IMG/VR virus record: IMGVR_UViG_3300031759_000002
DNA: 64,000 nucleotides
Reading direction: 5' to 3' (one strand)
Source of the DNA: a virus
Taxonomy: Duplodnaviria; Heunggongvirae; Uroviricota; Caudoviricetes
Numbering within the stretch: the stretch's first letter is position 1; every line of letters begins with the position of its first letter. This document shows, piece by piece, positions 28,512 to 37,670 of the stretch. The translations under genes were made by a program, and so were the position numbers. Below the pieces are notes generated by a model that did no database searches, was not told where the DNA came from, and was given only the letters and a program-made list of their open reading frames with translations.

Positions 28512-28959
28512 ATTAAACACAGAAGAATTTAACCTTGATGAAATTGTTAGTATTGAGTGTATAGGAGATCAAGAAACTATTGATATTACAGTAGATGATA
28601 CTCATATGTTTTTTGCTAATGATATTTATACGCATAATAGTGCCGCTCAGAATGATATTATTGAAGGAGATGACATGGCGGAATCATATAAGAAGTTAAT
28701 GACTTCTGATTTTGTAGCTTCTCAAGCAAGAACAATGGATAATAAACTTACTAATACTGCTAAGTTCCATATTATTAAAAATCGATTTGGTCCCGATGGT
28801 AGTAGTTATATTTGTGATTTGGATGCAGCTACTGGGAGACTTGGAATGTATGAGATGGCTTCTATCGAAGGTATGGAACTTATTAATAAACTCAAAGGTC
28901 AAGAAGAAGCTCAAAAAGATATAATCCGTAAAAAATGGAATAAATCCAAAGGAGAATAA
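28498..28959 (+). CDS. dnaB: 47-aa IntC (28498-28638) + DnaB C-fragment
   Basis: TIDITVDDTHMFFANDIYTHN/S, then ESYKKLMTSDF, KNRFGPDG. Confidence 0.93.
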   Translation: MKEHKLNTEEFNLDEIVSIECIGDQETIDITVDDTHMFFANDIYTHNSAAQNDIIEGDDMAESYKKLMTSDFVASQARTMDNKLTNTAKFHIIKNRFGPDGSSYICDLDAATGRLGMYEMASIEGMELINKLKGQEEAQKDIIRKKWNKSKGE

Positions 28960-29018
28960 TTTATTTATTATAAAAATATAGATATAGTTATTACTACAAT
29001 AGTTTTTAAAAATAATTT

Positions 29019-30302
29019 ATGAATAAGATACCAAATATGTTAGATGAGATGGGAAACTTCACCTTTACTACAAAATATGCAAAATATGAAGAAAAGAAAA
29101 AGAGAAGAGAAACATGGGAAGAAACTGTATCCAGAGTAGAAAAAATGCATTTAAAAAAATACAGTTTTTTAAATGAAAAAGATAAATTGGAAATTGTAAG
29201 AGCATTTGATTTTGTACGTGAACGGAAAGTTACTCCCTCTATGCGTTCTATGCAATTTGGAGGAAAGGCTATAGAAGCTCATAACTGTAGAATGTTTAAT
29301 TGCGGAGTAAGACATATAGATTCTATTCGTGCTTTTGCGGAGTCTTTTTATGCATTATTATGTGGGACTGGTATTGGATTTGGATTAACTAAACGATTTC
29401 TAAATCGTCTTCCTGCATTGGTAAATGCCAACGATAAAACTGGAACTATTATTACATATGTAGTACAAGATTCGATTGAAGGATGGTCCGATAGTATCGA
29501 AGCATTGTTAAATTGTTATTTTAAAAATACAGCATATTCCGGAAGAAAAATTGTATTTGATTATAGTAAAATAAGACCAAAAGGAGCAAAACTTAAAACG
29601 GGTGGTGGTAAAGCCCCCGGTTATAAAGGACTTAAAAATTGTCATAAAAAAGTAAAAGAATTATTAGATGAAATTATTGAAAAGGACCACCAAGTACGAC
29701 TTAAGCCTATAAATGCATATGATATACTTATGCATTGTGCCGATGCTGTTTTAAGTGGAGGAATTAGAAGAAGTGCATGTAGCGTGATATTCGATGCAGA
29801 CGATGATGAAATGATGAATGCCAAAACTGGTAACTGGTTTGATAAAAATCCACAGAGAGCCAGAAGTAATAATTCAGCCATCATTGTCCGTGGAAGAACT
29901 ACATTCAAAGAATTTAAATTGTTAATAGAAAAAACAAAACAATTTGGAGAACCTGGATTTCTCTATGTCGTCGATGAACGTCAATTATTAAACCCTTGTG
30001 TAACAGGAGATACATTGGTATCTACTACTAAAGGAGATATTAGAATAGACGAATTGGTAGAACGATACAACAACGGGGAAAAGTTTGATGCAATATCATA
30101 TAATATAGAAACTCGTTCTTTAGAAAATAATGAAATAACAATGGCTATGAAAACCCGTGAAAATGCAGAAATATTAGAAATCCAAGGAGAAAATGGAGAA
30201 GTTCTGAAATTAACTCCGGACCATAAGGTATTTGTGGAGGGACGTGGATGGATAGAGGCAAAGGATTTGACAGAGACTGATATTTTATTAAAAATAAATT
30301 GA
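29019..30302 (+). CDS. nrdJ: class II (B12) ribonucleotide reductase part 1 + 101-aa IntN-1 (29997-30299)
   Basis: KYA...RRETWEETVSR, PSMRSMQFGG, FNC, GGIRRSA, GEPG, LLNP, then CVTGDT...LTPDH...IN*. Confidence 0.93.
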   Translation: MNKIPNMLDEMGNFTFTTKYAKYEEKKKRRETWEETVSRVEKMHLKKYSFLNEKDKLEIVRAFDFVRERKVTPSMRSMQFGGKAIEAHNCRMFNCGVRHIDSIRAFAESFYALLCGTGIGFGLTKRFLNRLPALVNANDKTGTIITYVVQDSIEGWSDSIEALLNCYFKNTAYSGRKIVFDYSKIRPKGAKLKTGGGKAPGYKGLKNCHKKVKELLDEIIEKDHQVRLKPINAYDILMHCADAVLSGGIRRSACSVIFDADDDEMMNAKTGNWFDKNPQRARSNNSAIIVRGRTTFKEFKLLIEKTKQFGEPGFLYVVDERQLLNPCVTGDTLVSTTKGDIRIDELVERYNNGEKFDAISYNIETRSLENNEITMAMKTRENAEILEIQGENGEVLKLTPDHKVFVEGRGWIEAKDLTETDILLKIN

Positions 30303-30432
30303 TTTTATAAATCCCATATAATATTTACGATAGAGGAAAACAGGATATATTTACGGAATATCCTATAATTACAATTAGAAATATAAAAGATTATTTAACA
30401 ACAGGAAGTAGTTTAAGAAAAGAATTAAAATT

Positions 30433-31281
30433 ATGGAAACAAAACAGAATAAAAAAATTACCAGAATTAAAATAAAAAAAATAACGGTTCGTCCAAATGA
30501 AGATGTATATGATATATCTGTAAAGAATAATCATAATTTTTTTGCTAATAATATTTTAATACATAACTGCTTCGAAATTTCATTTATTCCAGTAACCGAT
30601 GATGGGCGTTGTGGATTCCAAATGTGTAATTTAACTTCCATAAATGGAGCAAAAATAACTTCCAGTGATAAGTTTAAAGACGCTACTTGGGCGGCTACTT
30701 TAATAGGAACTTTACAAGCTGGATATACTTCATTTCCATATTTAGGACATACTTCCGAGGAATTGTCAAATAACGAAGCATTATTAGGAGTTTCTATAAC
30801 TGGAATGATGGATAATCCTGATATATTATTCAATCCAGAGTTTCAGAAACAATCTGCCAAAGTAGCAGTCGAAACTAATAAAATATGGGCTAAGAAAATA
30901 GGCATAAATCAAGCGGCAAGAATTACATGTATAAAACCTGAAGGTTGTGTTGTTCCCGAGACTATTATAAAAACTTCTATCGGAGATAAAACTTTATCGG
31001 AATTGTTTGAGATAAATGGATATAAATTAGAAGATTATGAAAATTTAAATGAAAAACAATTTTTACCTGTAACTTCTAAGATTATGGTTAAAGATGAGAA
31101 TAATGATTGGCAATATATTACAAAGTTATATATAAATGGAGTATCCGATACTATAGATGTGGAAATGGATGATGGAACTATTGTTACAACTACTCCAAAT
31201 CATAAATTTTTAGTTAAAGGTCGGGGATATGTAGAAGCGAGAAATCTAGAAAAAAACGATGATATTTTATCATTTGACTGA
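30433..31281 (+). CDS. nrdJ: 45-aa IntC-1 + NrdJ part 2 (126 aa) + 111-aa IntN-2 (30946-31278)
   Basis: YDISV..HNFFANNILIHN/CFE; CNLTSIN, TLQAGYT, LLGVSITG, TCIKPEG; then CVVPET...TTPNH. Confidence 0.93.
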   Translation: METKQNKKITRIKIKKITVRPNEDVYDISVKNNHNFFANNILIHNCFEISFIPVTDDGRCGFQMCNLTSINGAKITSSDKFKDATWAATLIGTLQAGYTSFPYLGHTSEELSNNEALLGVSITGMMDNPDILFNPEFQKQSAKVAVETNKIWAKKIGINQAARITCIKPEGCVVPETIIKTSIGDKTLSELFEINGYKLEDYENLNEKQFLPVTSKIMVKDENNDWQYITKLYINGVSDTIDVEMDDGTIVTTTPNHKFLVKGRGYVEARNLEKNDDILSFD

Positions 31282-31300
31282 TATTTATATGTATTAAGTC

Positions 31301-32299
31301 ATGTGTAATATATGGTTTAATACACGTTTAATGAAAACTAAAAACACAAAATTATTAAGATTAAAGAGGTTTTTAATTCATAAATATGGACTGATTATTG
31401 GAACTAAGCGATTTAAGACATATTCATGCACTCATTCTGAACGAATGTATATATTTAAATTTGGAAAATGTGACGGTATTAAAAAATATAAAGAATATAC
31501 TGAAAAGTTAAAACCAAGAGGAACGTTGCCATATTATATTAAAAAATACGGAGAAGTCGATGGAACTAAAAAATATAAAGAAAAAAATAGAAAATTATCG
31601 GTGTCGGAAGAATCTTTAAGGTTGAATGGATATTCTGAAGATGATATAAAAAATATAAAGAATATACATTCTAAAAAATCATCTTTAAATATGGAAAATT
31701 GTGTTCGTATATATGGAGCCGATGCAAAATTTAAAATTGAAGAATGGAAGCGAAATCGAGTATGTGTTAGGAAAGTCGATGATTGGGTTTTAAAAAAAGG
31801 AAAGTCATTGATTGAGGCAACGGAATTAGTTAAAAAATATCAAAGTAGAGATTTGAATTTTTTTATTTGTAAATATGGAGATACGGATGGAAAAATAAAA
31901 TGGCGTGAATATATAGATAGTAAAATGAATTGTTTTTTTGGAGAGTCGAAGTCACAATTACAATTTTCAAAATTATTATATATGTCGTTATCGGATGATT
32001 TGAAGTATTTGTTTAGAGGATGTCCAATTACTAATTCGGAAGTTATTGTATTTGAGGACAATCCATATAATTTAAAATATTGTGTGCCAGATGTTGTAAT
32101 ATCCAATATCATAATAGAATTTGATGGGGAATATTGGCATAACATGGAACATATAAAAGAGCGTGATATTGTCAAAGAGTTTTTACTACAGTCGAAAAAA
32201 TATGTCATATTACGAGTAAAAGAAAAACAATTTAAAAAGAATATAACCGAAACGATAGAACAAGTTATAGATCAGATAAATACAAATATAAAATTATGA
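31301..32299 (+). CDS. free-standing Vsr-like homing endonuclease inside the second nrdJ split
   Basis: YIKKYGEVDG repeats, VPD..IIEFDGEYWH, ILRVKE; ATATTTATA at 31281-31289. Confidence 0.85.
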   Translation: MCNIWFNTRLMKTKNTKLLRLKRFLIHKYGLIIGTKRFKTYSCTHSERMYIFKFGKCDGIKKYKEYTEKLKPRGTLPYYIKKYGEVDGTKKYKEKNRKLSVSEESLRLNGYSEDDIKNIKNIHSKKSSLNMENCVRIYGADAKFKIEEWKRNRVCVRKVDDWVLKKGKSLIEATELVKKYQSRDLNFFICKYGDTDGKIKWREYIDSKMNCFFGESKSQLQFSKLLYMSLSDDLKYLFRGCPITNSEVIVFEDNPYNLKYCVPDVVISNIIIEFDGEYWHNMEHIKERDIVKEFLLQSKKYVILRVKEKQFKKNITETIEQVIDQINTNIKL

Positions 32300-33003
32300 A
32301 AATAAAATCAATAAAAACTGGAATGCGTAAATTAACAGTAGATATAGAAGTTGATAAAACGCATACTTATCAATTAAAAAATGGAACAGTAACACATAAT
32401 ACTAATAGCATTGTTTTATCAGCCGCATCCGGAATACATCCACATCATTCTAGGCGCTATCTTAGAAGAATACAAGTTAATAAAGAAGATAATGTATATA
32501 AATATTTTAAATTATTTAATGAACATGCTTGTGAAGAAAGTGTTTGGAGCGAAAATAAAACGGATGATGTTATTACATTTCCAATAGAAGTTCCGGAAAA
32601 TGTAAAAATTAAAGCTGATTTATCGGCAATAGAACATTTAAGACTTATTAAATTAACCCAAGAAAATTGGGTTAATTCTGGAACTACAAGTGTAAATACT
32701 AAGCCATTAAACCACAGTGTTAGTTGTACGGTTATGGTAAAAGATGAAGAGTGGGATGATGTTACCAAGTTTTTATTTGATAATCAAAAGGATTTTACCG
32801 CAGTTTCTCTATTGCCTTTTACGGGTGATAAAATTTACAAACAGCCTCCTATGGAAGCCGTTATAACAGATGAAGAAAATGCAAAGTTTGACGAGTTGTT
32901 AAAAAATTGGTCTATGGTCGATTATAAAAAACTAGAAGAAGACGACGACGAGACACAACATACTGCCGAAGCAAGCTGTGCTAATGGAAAATGTATAATT
33001 TAA
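32296..33003 (+). CDS. nrdJ: 35-aa IntC-2 (32296-32400) + NrdJ part 3
   Basis: VDIEVDKTHTYQL..VTHN/T, then SAASGIHP, YLRRIQ, HSVSCTV, QPPMEAV, C-terminal CANGKC. Confidence 0.93.
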   Translation: MKIKSIKTGMRKLTVDIEVDKTHTYQLKNGTVTHNTNSIVLSAASGIHPHHSRRYLRRIQVNKEDNVYKYFKLFNEHACEESVWSENKTDDVITFPIEVPENVKIKADLSAIEHLRLIKLTQENWVNSGTTSVNTKPLNHSVSCTVMVKDEEWDDVTKFLFDNQKDFTAVSLLPFTGDKIYKQPPMEAVITDEENAKFDELLKNWSMVDYKKLEEDDDETQHTAEASCANGKCII

Positions 33004-33026
33004 TATATAAAAGTTAAAGGTTTGAC

Positions 33027-33061
33027 ATTCAATCATATATTTATATAGTATATGATTGAAT
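33027..33061 (+). promoter_or_regulatory. 13-bp hairpin burying ATG 33052, late motif at arm/loop
   Basis: ATTCAATCATATA (33027-33039)/TATATGATTGAAT (33049-33061); ATATTTATA at 33037-33045. Confidence 0.75.
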
Positions 33062-33441
33062 ATACTCCAATTTTAAAAACCGGTATTCCCGCCATAATAA
33101 CCGGCGTTGCCGCATATTTAATTGCCGTTAAAAAAACCAATTCTTCCGAGAAGAAACAAAAAGCAAAATCCGATGCCGAAGTTCAACTTCAAGCATTGAA
33201 TATCGTCAAGGGGGTCATTGACACTATGAAAGCTGAGTTTTTAAGAGAAATTGAGGGGCTTAATGCTAGAATAGATGAATTAATAAGTGAAAACGTAAAA
33301 TTAAAGAAAAGCATGGCAGATTTGGATGCTCAATTAGTAACAAGTGGAAAATTATCGGCAACTTTACAGGAGGAAATCACTTCTTTACAACGCAGTTTAA
33401 TGGCATATAAAGAAGAAAATGATAAGTTAAAGAATCAATAA
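33052..33441 (+). CDS. membrane-anchored coiled-coil protein (holin-like, unproven)
   Basis: N-terminal hydrophobic helix GIPAIITGVAAYLIAV followed by a long heptad coiled coil. Confidence 0.55.
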   Translation: MIEYTPILKTGIPAIITGVAAYLIAVKKTNSSEKKQKAKSDAEVQLQALNIVKGVIDTMKAEFLREIEGLNARIDELISENVKLKKSMADLDAQLVTSGKLSATLQEEITSLQRSLMAYKEENDKLKNQ

Positions 33442-33449
33442 ATGACTAT

Positions 33450-33767
33450 ATGACTGGTTATTTTTTAAACAGAAAATATCATGCTGCTATATTAGGAACT
33501 GGCGGCAGTGTAACCAATATTATCACCATGCTTACATCGTTATATCAAAATAATATAGTAATTGAGATTTATAATAATAGTAAAGATTTATTTGAAGCTA
33601 TAAACCTAAGTAAAAGTACAAATAAACCATTTGATATGGCATATTTAGACGAGACTAATAATTTTGCAGAAAAACTTATATTAAAACAGACAGTTCCAAG
33701 TTTGAAAATATTCACGTATTGTAAAGAAGATATTAAAAAAAGTGTTGATAACCGAGCTTTTGCTTAA
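33450..33767 (+). CDS. hypothetical protein, possible degenerate receiver-like fold
   Basis: AINLSKSTNKPFDMAYLD resembles the receiver beta3 motif. Confidence 0.4.
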   Translation: MTGYFLNRKYHAAILGTGGSVTNIITMLTSLYQNNIVIEIYNNSKDLFEAINLSKSTNKPFDMAYLDETNNFAEKLILKQTVPSLKIFTYCKEDIKKSVDNRAFA

Positions 33768-33787
33768 TTATATTATATTTATACTAT

Positions 33788-34510
33788 ATGATAAAAATAT
33801 CTCCAATTCAATTTAAACAGGTCGTAAAGCGTATTCTTAAAGAAGAAGTTGAGAAATCAGTAACTGGTAAAGATATAAATCAACGATTGCCTGAAGTCGA
33901 ACATGCCGATGAATATAAAAAAGAAGTTCCGCATAAAGCAGAAAAGAAATGCAAACAAGAGATTTTAGATGATATTGAGAAAACCGTGTCTGCAATTAAC
34001 AAGAATTATACAGTTAAATGGGATGACCACGACGATATTAGAGTTGAAGCCGAAGATTTATATAAAATTAGAATAATTCCAAGATGGGAAGATTGTTATA
34101 ACATTGAAGCCTATACCCGAAATGAAGATAGAGTGTATATTACAAATCAAAACTTAGTTCAAGTTAAAGCCTTTATTAAAGATAATTTAAAAAATCAAGA
34201 AACTCATGTTGAAAAAAATTATAAAAAATCACTTGATAATAACAAAGTTAAACCTATAGATGCTCCCGATAAGGGACTTCCACAGCAAAATAAACCAACT
34301 GCAAAAACAGTTGGAGATAAATCTAATAAAGAAAAAAACTTTAATGAAAAAGCAGTTAAAAAAGAAGATGATTTACCTAATAAACCAATGAGAGAAGTAA
34401 ATACAAAAGACATTAAATTACAACGTGATTATTCAGTTAAAGGTGAAAAAGCTCCATATAAGTTTCCTAAACAAAAAAATAATAAATTATCAGTTGATTG
34501 GAAGAAATAA
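33788..34510 (+). CDS. hypothetical late protein
   Basis: Intact Lys/Glu-rich ORF; ATATTTATA at 33775-33783. Confidence 0.7.
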   Translation: MIKISPIQFKQVVKRILKEEVEKSVTGKDINQRLPEVEHADEYKKEVPHKAEKKCKQEILDDIEKTVSAINKNYTVKWDDHDDIRVEAEDLYKIRIIPRWEDCYNIEAYTRNEDRVYITNQNLVQVKAFIKDNLKNQETHVEKNYKKSLDNNKVKPIDAPDKGLPQQNKPTAKTVGDKSNKEKNFNEKAVKKEDDLPNKPMREVNTKDIKLQRDYSVKGEKAPYKFPKQKNNKLSVDWKK

Positions 34511-34528
34511 GTTTAAATATTTTATATT

Positions 34529-34560
34529 AAGTCCTCGGCATTGGTCGAGGACTTTTTATT
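34529..34560 (+). terminator. intrinsic terminator
   Basis: AAGTCCTCG-N8-CGAGGACTT + T run. Confidence 0.85.
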
Positions 34561-34563
34561 TTA

Positions 34564-34591
34564 TTGACAAGACTTTAAAATATGCTATAAT
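34564..34591 (+). promoter_or_regulatory. consensus sigma70 promoter (leaderless)
   Basis: TTGACA-N16-TATAAT-N6-ATG. Confidence 0.85.
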
Positions 34592-34597
34592 TTAGTC

Positions 34598-35062
34598 ATG
34601 CGTGAATTAAAGTTTAAAATATGGGATACTAAAGAAAAAAAGATTATAGATGGCATTCCTTATAAAGAATATATGTTAGACCCAGATTGCGATTGTTGGG
34701 ACCGGTGTGATTGTGAATCGGAGGAGCCATTTGATTATCCTAATTCTATATTAAGTAGAACATTCAATGGTCGTCTTATAATAGACCAATTTACTGGATT
34801 AAAAGATAATAATGGAATTGAGATTTATGAAGGAGATATTATCAAGTATTGTTACCGGTGTGATATGAATGATTTTGTTGGAAATGGAGTAGTAGAATGG
34901 TGTATTCCGTCTGAGGATATATATGGAGCAGATGCTGGTTATGTTATAAACAGAAAGTTAGAAAATAATCTAATAAAAATACAAAATAATTTATCATTAT
35001 ATCGTATGCATAATCGACAAATTATTGGGAATATTCATCAACATCCCGAACTTTTAAAATAA
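34598..35062 (+). CDS. YopX-family protein
   Basis: MRELKFKIWD...QFTGLKDNNGIEIYEGDII...IIGNIHQHPELL. Confidence 0.88.
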   Translation: MRELKFKIWDTKEKKIIDGIPYKEYMLDPDCDCWDRCDCESEEPFDYPNSILSRTFNGRLIIDQFTGLKDNNGIEIYEGDIIKYCYRCDMNDFVGNGVVEWCIPSEDIYGADAGYVINRKLENNLIKIQNNLSLYRMHNRQIIGNIHQHPELLK

Positions 35063-35065
35063 CTA

Positions 35066-35093
35066 TTGACAAAATCGTAAAATCTGATATACT
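35066..35093 (+). promoter_or_regulatory. sigma70-type promoter
   Basis: TTGACA-N16-TATACT. Confidence 0.75.
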
Positions 35094-35115
35094 TAATTTG
35101 CTTAAAGAAAAAATT

Positions 35116-35406
35116 ATGAAAAACTCTAATAAAATTACTAATTGGCCCAAAACTCAAACTTTCACAGTTAAGGAAGTTTGGAAATTAAATCCTCATATTG
35201 AAAAGGAAATTACATGCAGGGTGAACTTTAATGCCCAGAAAAGCGACCAAAAAATTATAGAGTTTGGTGCTAAAACTGGAGGCAAAGGAAGACCGGAAAA
35301 GTTATACGCATATCTTCCGATTACATCTATAATGATACAGAAGGCAAAGACACAGAAAGTAAATCTGGCCGATGGACTTGAAACCAAATATCTTAATATC
35401 GTCTAA
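35116..35406 (+). CDS. putative winged-helix DNA-binding protein
   Basis: FTVKEVW..N...ITCRV...G...GGKGRPEKLY pattern. Confidence 0.5.
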   Translation: MKNSNKITNWPKTQTFTVKEVWKLNPHIEKEITCRVNFNAQKSDQKIIEFGAKTGGKGRPEKLYAYLPITSIMIQKAKTQKVNLADGLETKYLNIV

Positions 35407-35695
35407 TATATTTACCAATGGTATCGATTGGACCTTGATAAGTATCTATCCTACGATATCCATCTATAGTCATAATATATGAAAAAATTATCACGTTTGA
35501 TTTGTTATCAACCTTCATAAGTTTATGAATGTTTTTCAAATTAGTCATAACAATTGATTTACTTCCGTATATGATACACGAAGATAAATCACTATCAAAT
35601 AATATGGAATTGGCTATATCAGGATAGAATATATGAAAGACATTTCCAATTACATTGTCTTTTTTCTCTGGGTTAATAATGTTTTTAACAATCAT
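35393..35695 (-). CDS. hypothetical protein
   Basis: Start moved to internal MIVKNII so that it does not overlap the + strand ORF at 35742. Confidence 0.5.
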   Translation of the reverse strand: MIVKNIINPEKKDNVIGNVFHIFYPDIANSILFDSDLSSCIIYGSKSIVMTNLKNIHKLMKVDNKSNVIIFSYIMTIDGYRRIDTYQGPIDTIGKYIRRY

Positions 35696-35741
35696 ATCTA
35701 ATATATATGTATGGCAATGAAAACATTTAACTACTAAAAAT

Positions 35742-35885
35742 ATGGGGAAATCATTTAAAGAAAATCGTGATAAGTATAAAAACGTAAAAAATAAAAAAAA
35801 TAAAAAACATACCAATCCATATAAAGAACTTTATATTGAAGACGTTGATTGGGATGGAAAATATACTTCGAAATATAAACAATGA
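35742..35885 (+). CDS. 47-aa basic hypothetical protein (not in ORF track)
   Basis: MGKSFKENRDKYKN...SKYKQ*; its stop overlaps the next ATG (ATGA). Confidence 0.55.
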   Translation: MGKSFKENRDKYKNVKNKKNKKHTNPYKELYIEDVDWDGKYTSKYKQ

Positions 35886-36154
35886 TATATCTAATTATTT
35901 CTCTGATATTACTTAGTATAAGTATAGTTACAGTGTATATATTATTCTATTTTCTTAATAAGAAAATGATTAAGTTGACATCTCAAGATGTTCCTTTTAT
36001 ACTTAAGAAAATGGATATTCTTCAAGATAATGATGATATTTTGCAAAAAAACGATCAGTCTTTATTAAACCGAATATTAATAGTTGAACGAAATCATAAG
36101 AAAACATCACTCTATAAATCAAAACATAAAGCAGATGATGAAGAAGAAATCTGA
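35882..36154 (+). CDS. small membrane-anchored protein
   Basis: N-terminal TM helix followed by a coiled coil. Confidence 0.6.
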   Translation: MIYLIISLILLSISIVTVYILFYFLNKKMIKLTSQDVPFILKKMDILQDNDDILQKNDQSLLNRILIVERNHKKTSLYKSKHKADDEEEI

Positions 36155-36623
36155 AAATACAGGTCCCAAGAAAAAATCTATATTTGACCATGTTAAACAC
36201 ATACGTCAAATCCAGTCTCCTACCTATTATTTAGAATTATCAGAAGAAGATAAAAAATCGTTTAATCATTTTATGATATTGAGAGCATTATCAATGGATG
36301 CTAATATTTTAGAAGAAATGGCACAATTATACCAAGTATTGGATAAAATACCATCGGCTCAATTTTATAAATTATTGATTGCAATTATTCCTAAATCTGA
36401 TAAGTTTTATCCTTGGATAAAATCTAAAAAACTTAGACATCATAAAGAAATATTAAAACTTGTTGGTGGTAGATTTCAAGTTCCATCGTATCAAGCAAAT
36501 GAATATGTATCGCTACTTTTGACTATTCCAAACGGAAGTGTTGAACTTGAACAAATTTTAAGTTCTACTGGATTGACAGAAAAAGAGATACAAGAAATAT
36601 TAGATAGTGAATCGGAATATTAA
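36135..36623 (+). CDS. clamp loader small subunit (T4 gp62-like)
   Basis: KSIFDHVKHI, FNHFMILRALSMD, QFYKLL, FYPWIK; probable start at 36135. Confidence 0.65.
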   Translation: MMKKKSENTGPKKKSIFDHVKHIRQIQSPTYYLELSEEDKKSFNHFMILRALSMDANILEEMAQLYQVLDKIPSAQFYKLLIAIIPKSDKFYPWIKSKKLRHHKEILKLVGGRFQVPSYQANEYVSLLLTIPNGSVELEQILSSTGLTEKEIQEILDSESEY

Positions 36624-37546
36624 AATTTAAATATATTTGGTTTTTTTGTTAGTCCATCTTTAAAAGTGTTCCAATCACTTTCCCATATATAGTTTATGTT
36701 ATATCCTATAGTTTTAATGTTTTTAAATCTATGAAATGTATAATCATATAATTCTTTATATGTTTTATTAACACTCTTATTAATTTTATTTGGTTTGAAT
36801 TTTTTAGGATTACCGTGCCAATAATCTCCTAAGAATTCATATATAGTATTGGTGAATGGGTCATATCCATCAACTATATAATTTTCTATAAATTTAGATC
36901 TATTATTTATGTCGATTTTTATATAATCTAAAAAATCAGATTCTGCTTTGGATACTTTAATTAACGCAAGTTTTTCATAGTTACATTTGGGGCATCCCAC
37001 TCCTTGTAAATGACTTGATGGTAATTGATAAAATTCTCCGTGTTTAACACATTTTATATTTGTTTTTGTGGTTGTATTTGTATATTCTATGTTAGAATAA
37101 TCGAATTTATTATTATGTATTAAATTTGCTTTAATAATAAATTCTTTAGAAGTTATTTTTATTTTTCCTCCGCATATATCACATCCATGTCCATTCATAT
37201 GATCGTTTGGCTTTTGTAAAAAATCACCGTGTTTAGGACAACTTATTATTAGTTTAGTATGGTTATTTACATATATAGATTTTGAATAATTATATTTATT
37301 ATTATGTTTCTTATTAGATATTAATATAAACTCTTCAATTGTTAATTTTTTAGATTTCCCACATTTAGGGCAACCTATTCCTCTTAAATGATGATATGGC
37401 AATTGATAAAATTTCCCGTGAATATTACATATAATTAAAATTTTAGTATGTGAATTTATGTAATTTGAAGTGGAATAATCATATTTTTTATTATGTACTA
37501 TATTAGATCTATTAATAAATATGTTTGTTGTTAGTTTTGTTTTCAT
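36620..37546 (-). CDS. homing endonuclease-like protein with three DUF723-like Zn repeats
   Basis: 3x (H.NKY.YS...I.C..HG.F.Q....H..G.GC..C) + VDGYD..IYEFLGDYWHG. Confidence 0.85.
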   Translation of the reverse strand: MKTKLTTNIFINRSNIVHNKKYDYSTSNYINSHTKILIICNIHGKFYQLPYHHLRGIGCPKCGKSKKLTIEEFILISNKKHNNKYNYSKSIYVNNHTKLIISCPKHGDFLQKPNDHMNGHGCDICGGKIKITSKEFIIKANLIHNNKFDYSNIEYTNTTTKTNIKCVKHGEFYQLPSSHLQGVGCPKCNYEKLALIKVSKAESDFLDYIKIDINNRSKFIENYIVDGYDPFTNTIYEFLGDYWHGNPKKFKPNKINKSVNKTYKELYDYTFHRFKNIKTIGYNINYIWESDWNTFKDGLTKKPNIFKF

Positions 37547-37670
37547 ATTTTTTTAAGTATGAATGTATTATTTTATCAGTTTCATTGTTAATTTTTAATT
37601 TATTTTTAGCACAAAAAATTTTTAATGCTGTATGAGTTTCTTCTGATATTCGTAAGGTTTTTAATGTCAT
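37512..37670 (-). CDS. 52-aa ribbon-helix-helix-like protein (not in ORF track)
   Basis: MTLKTLRISEETHTALKIFCAKNKLKINNETDKII...; overlaps the start of the downstream endonuclease. Confidence 0.6.
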   Translation of the reverse strand: MTLKTLRISEETHTALKIFCAKNKLKINNETDKIIHSYLKKYENKTNNKHIY

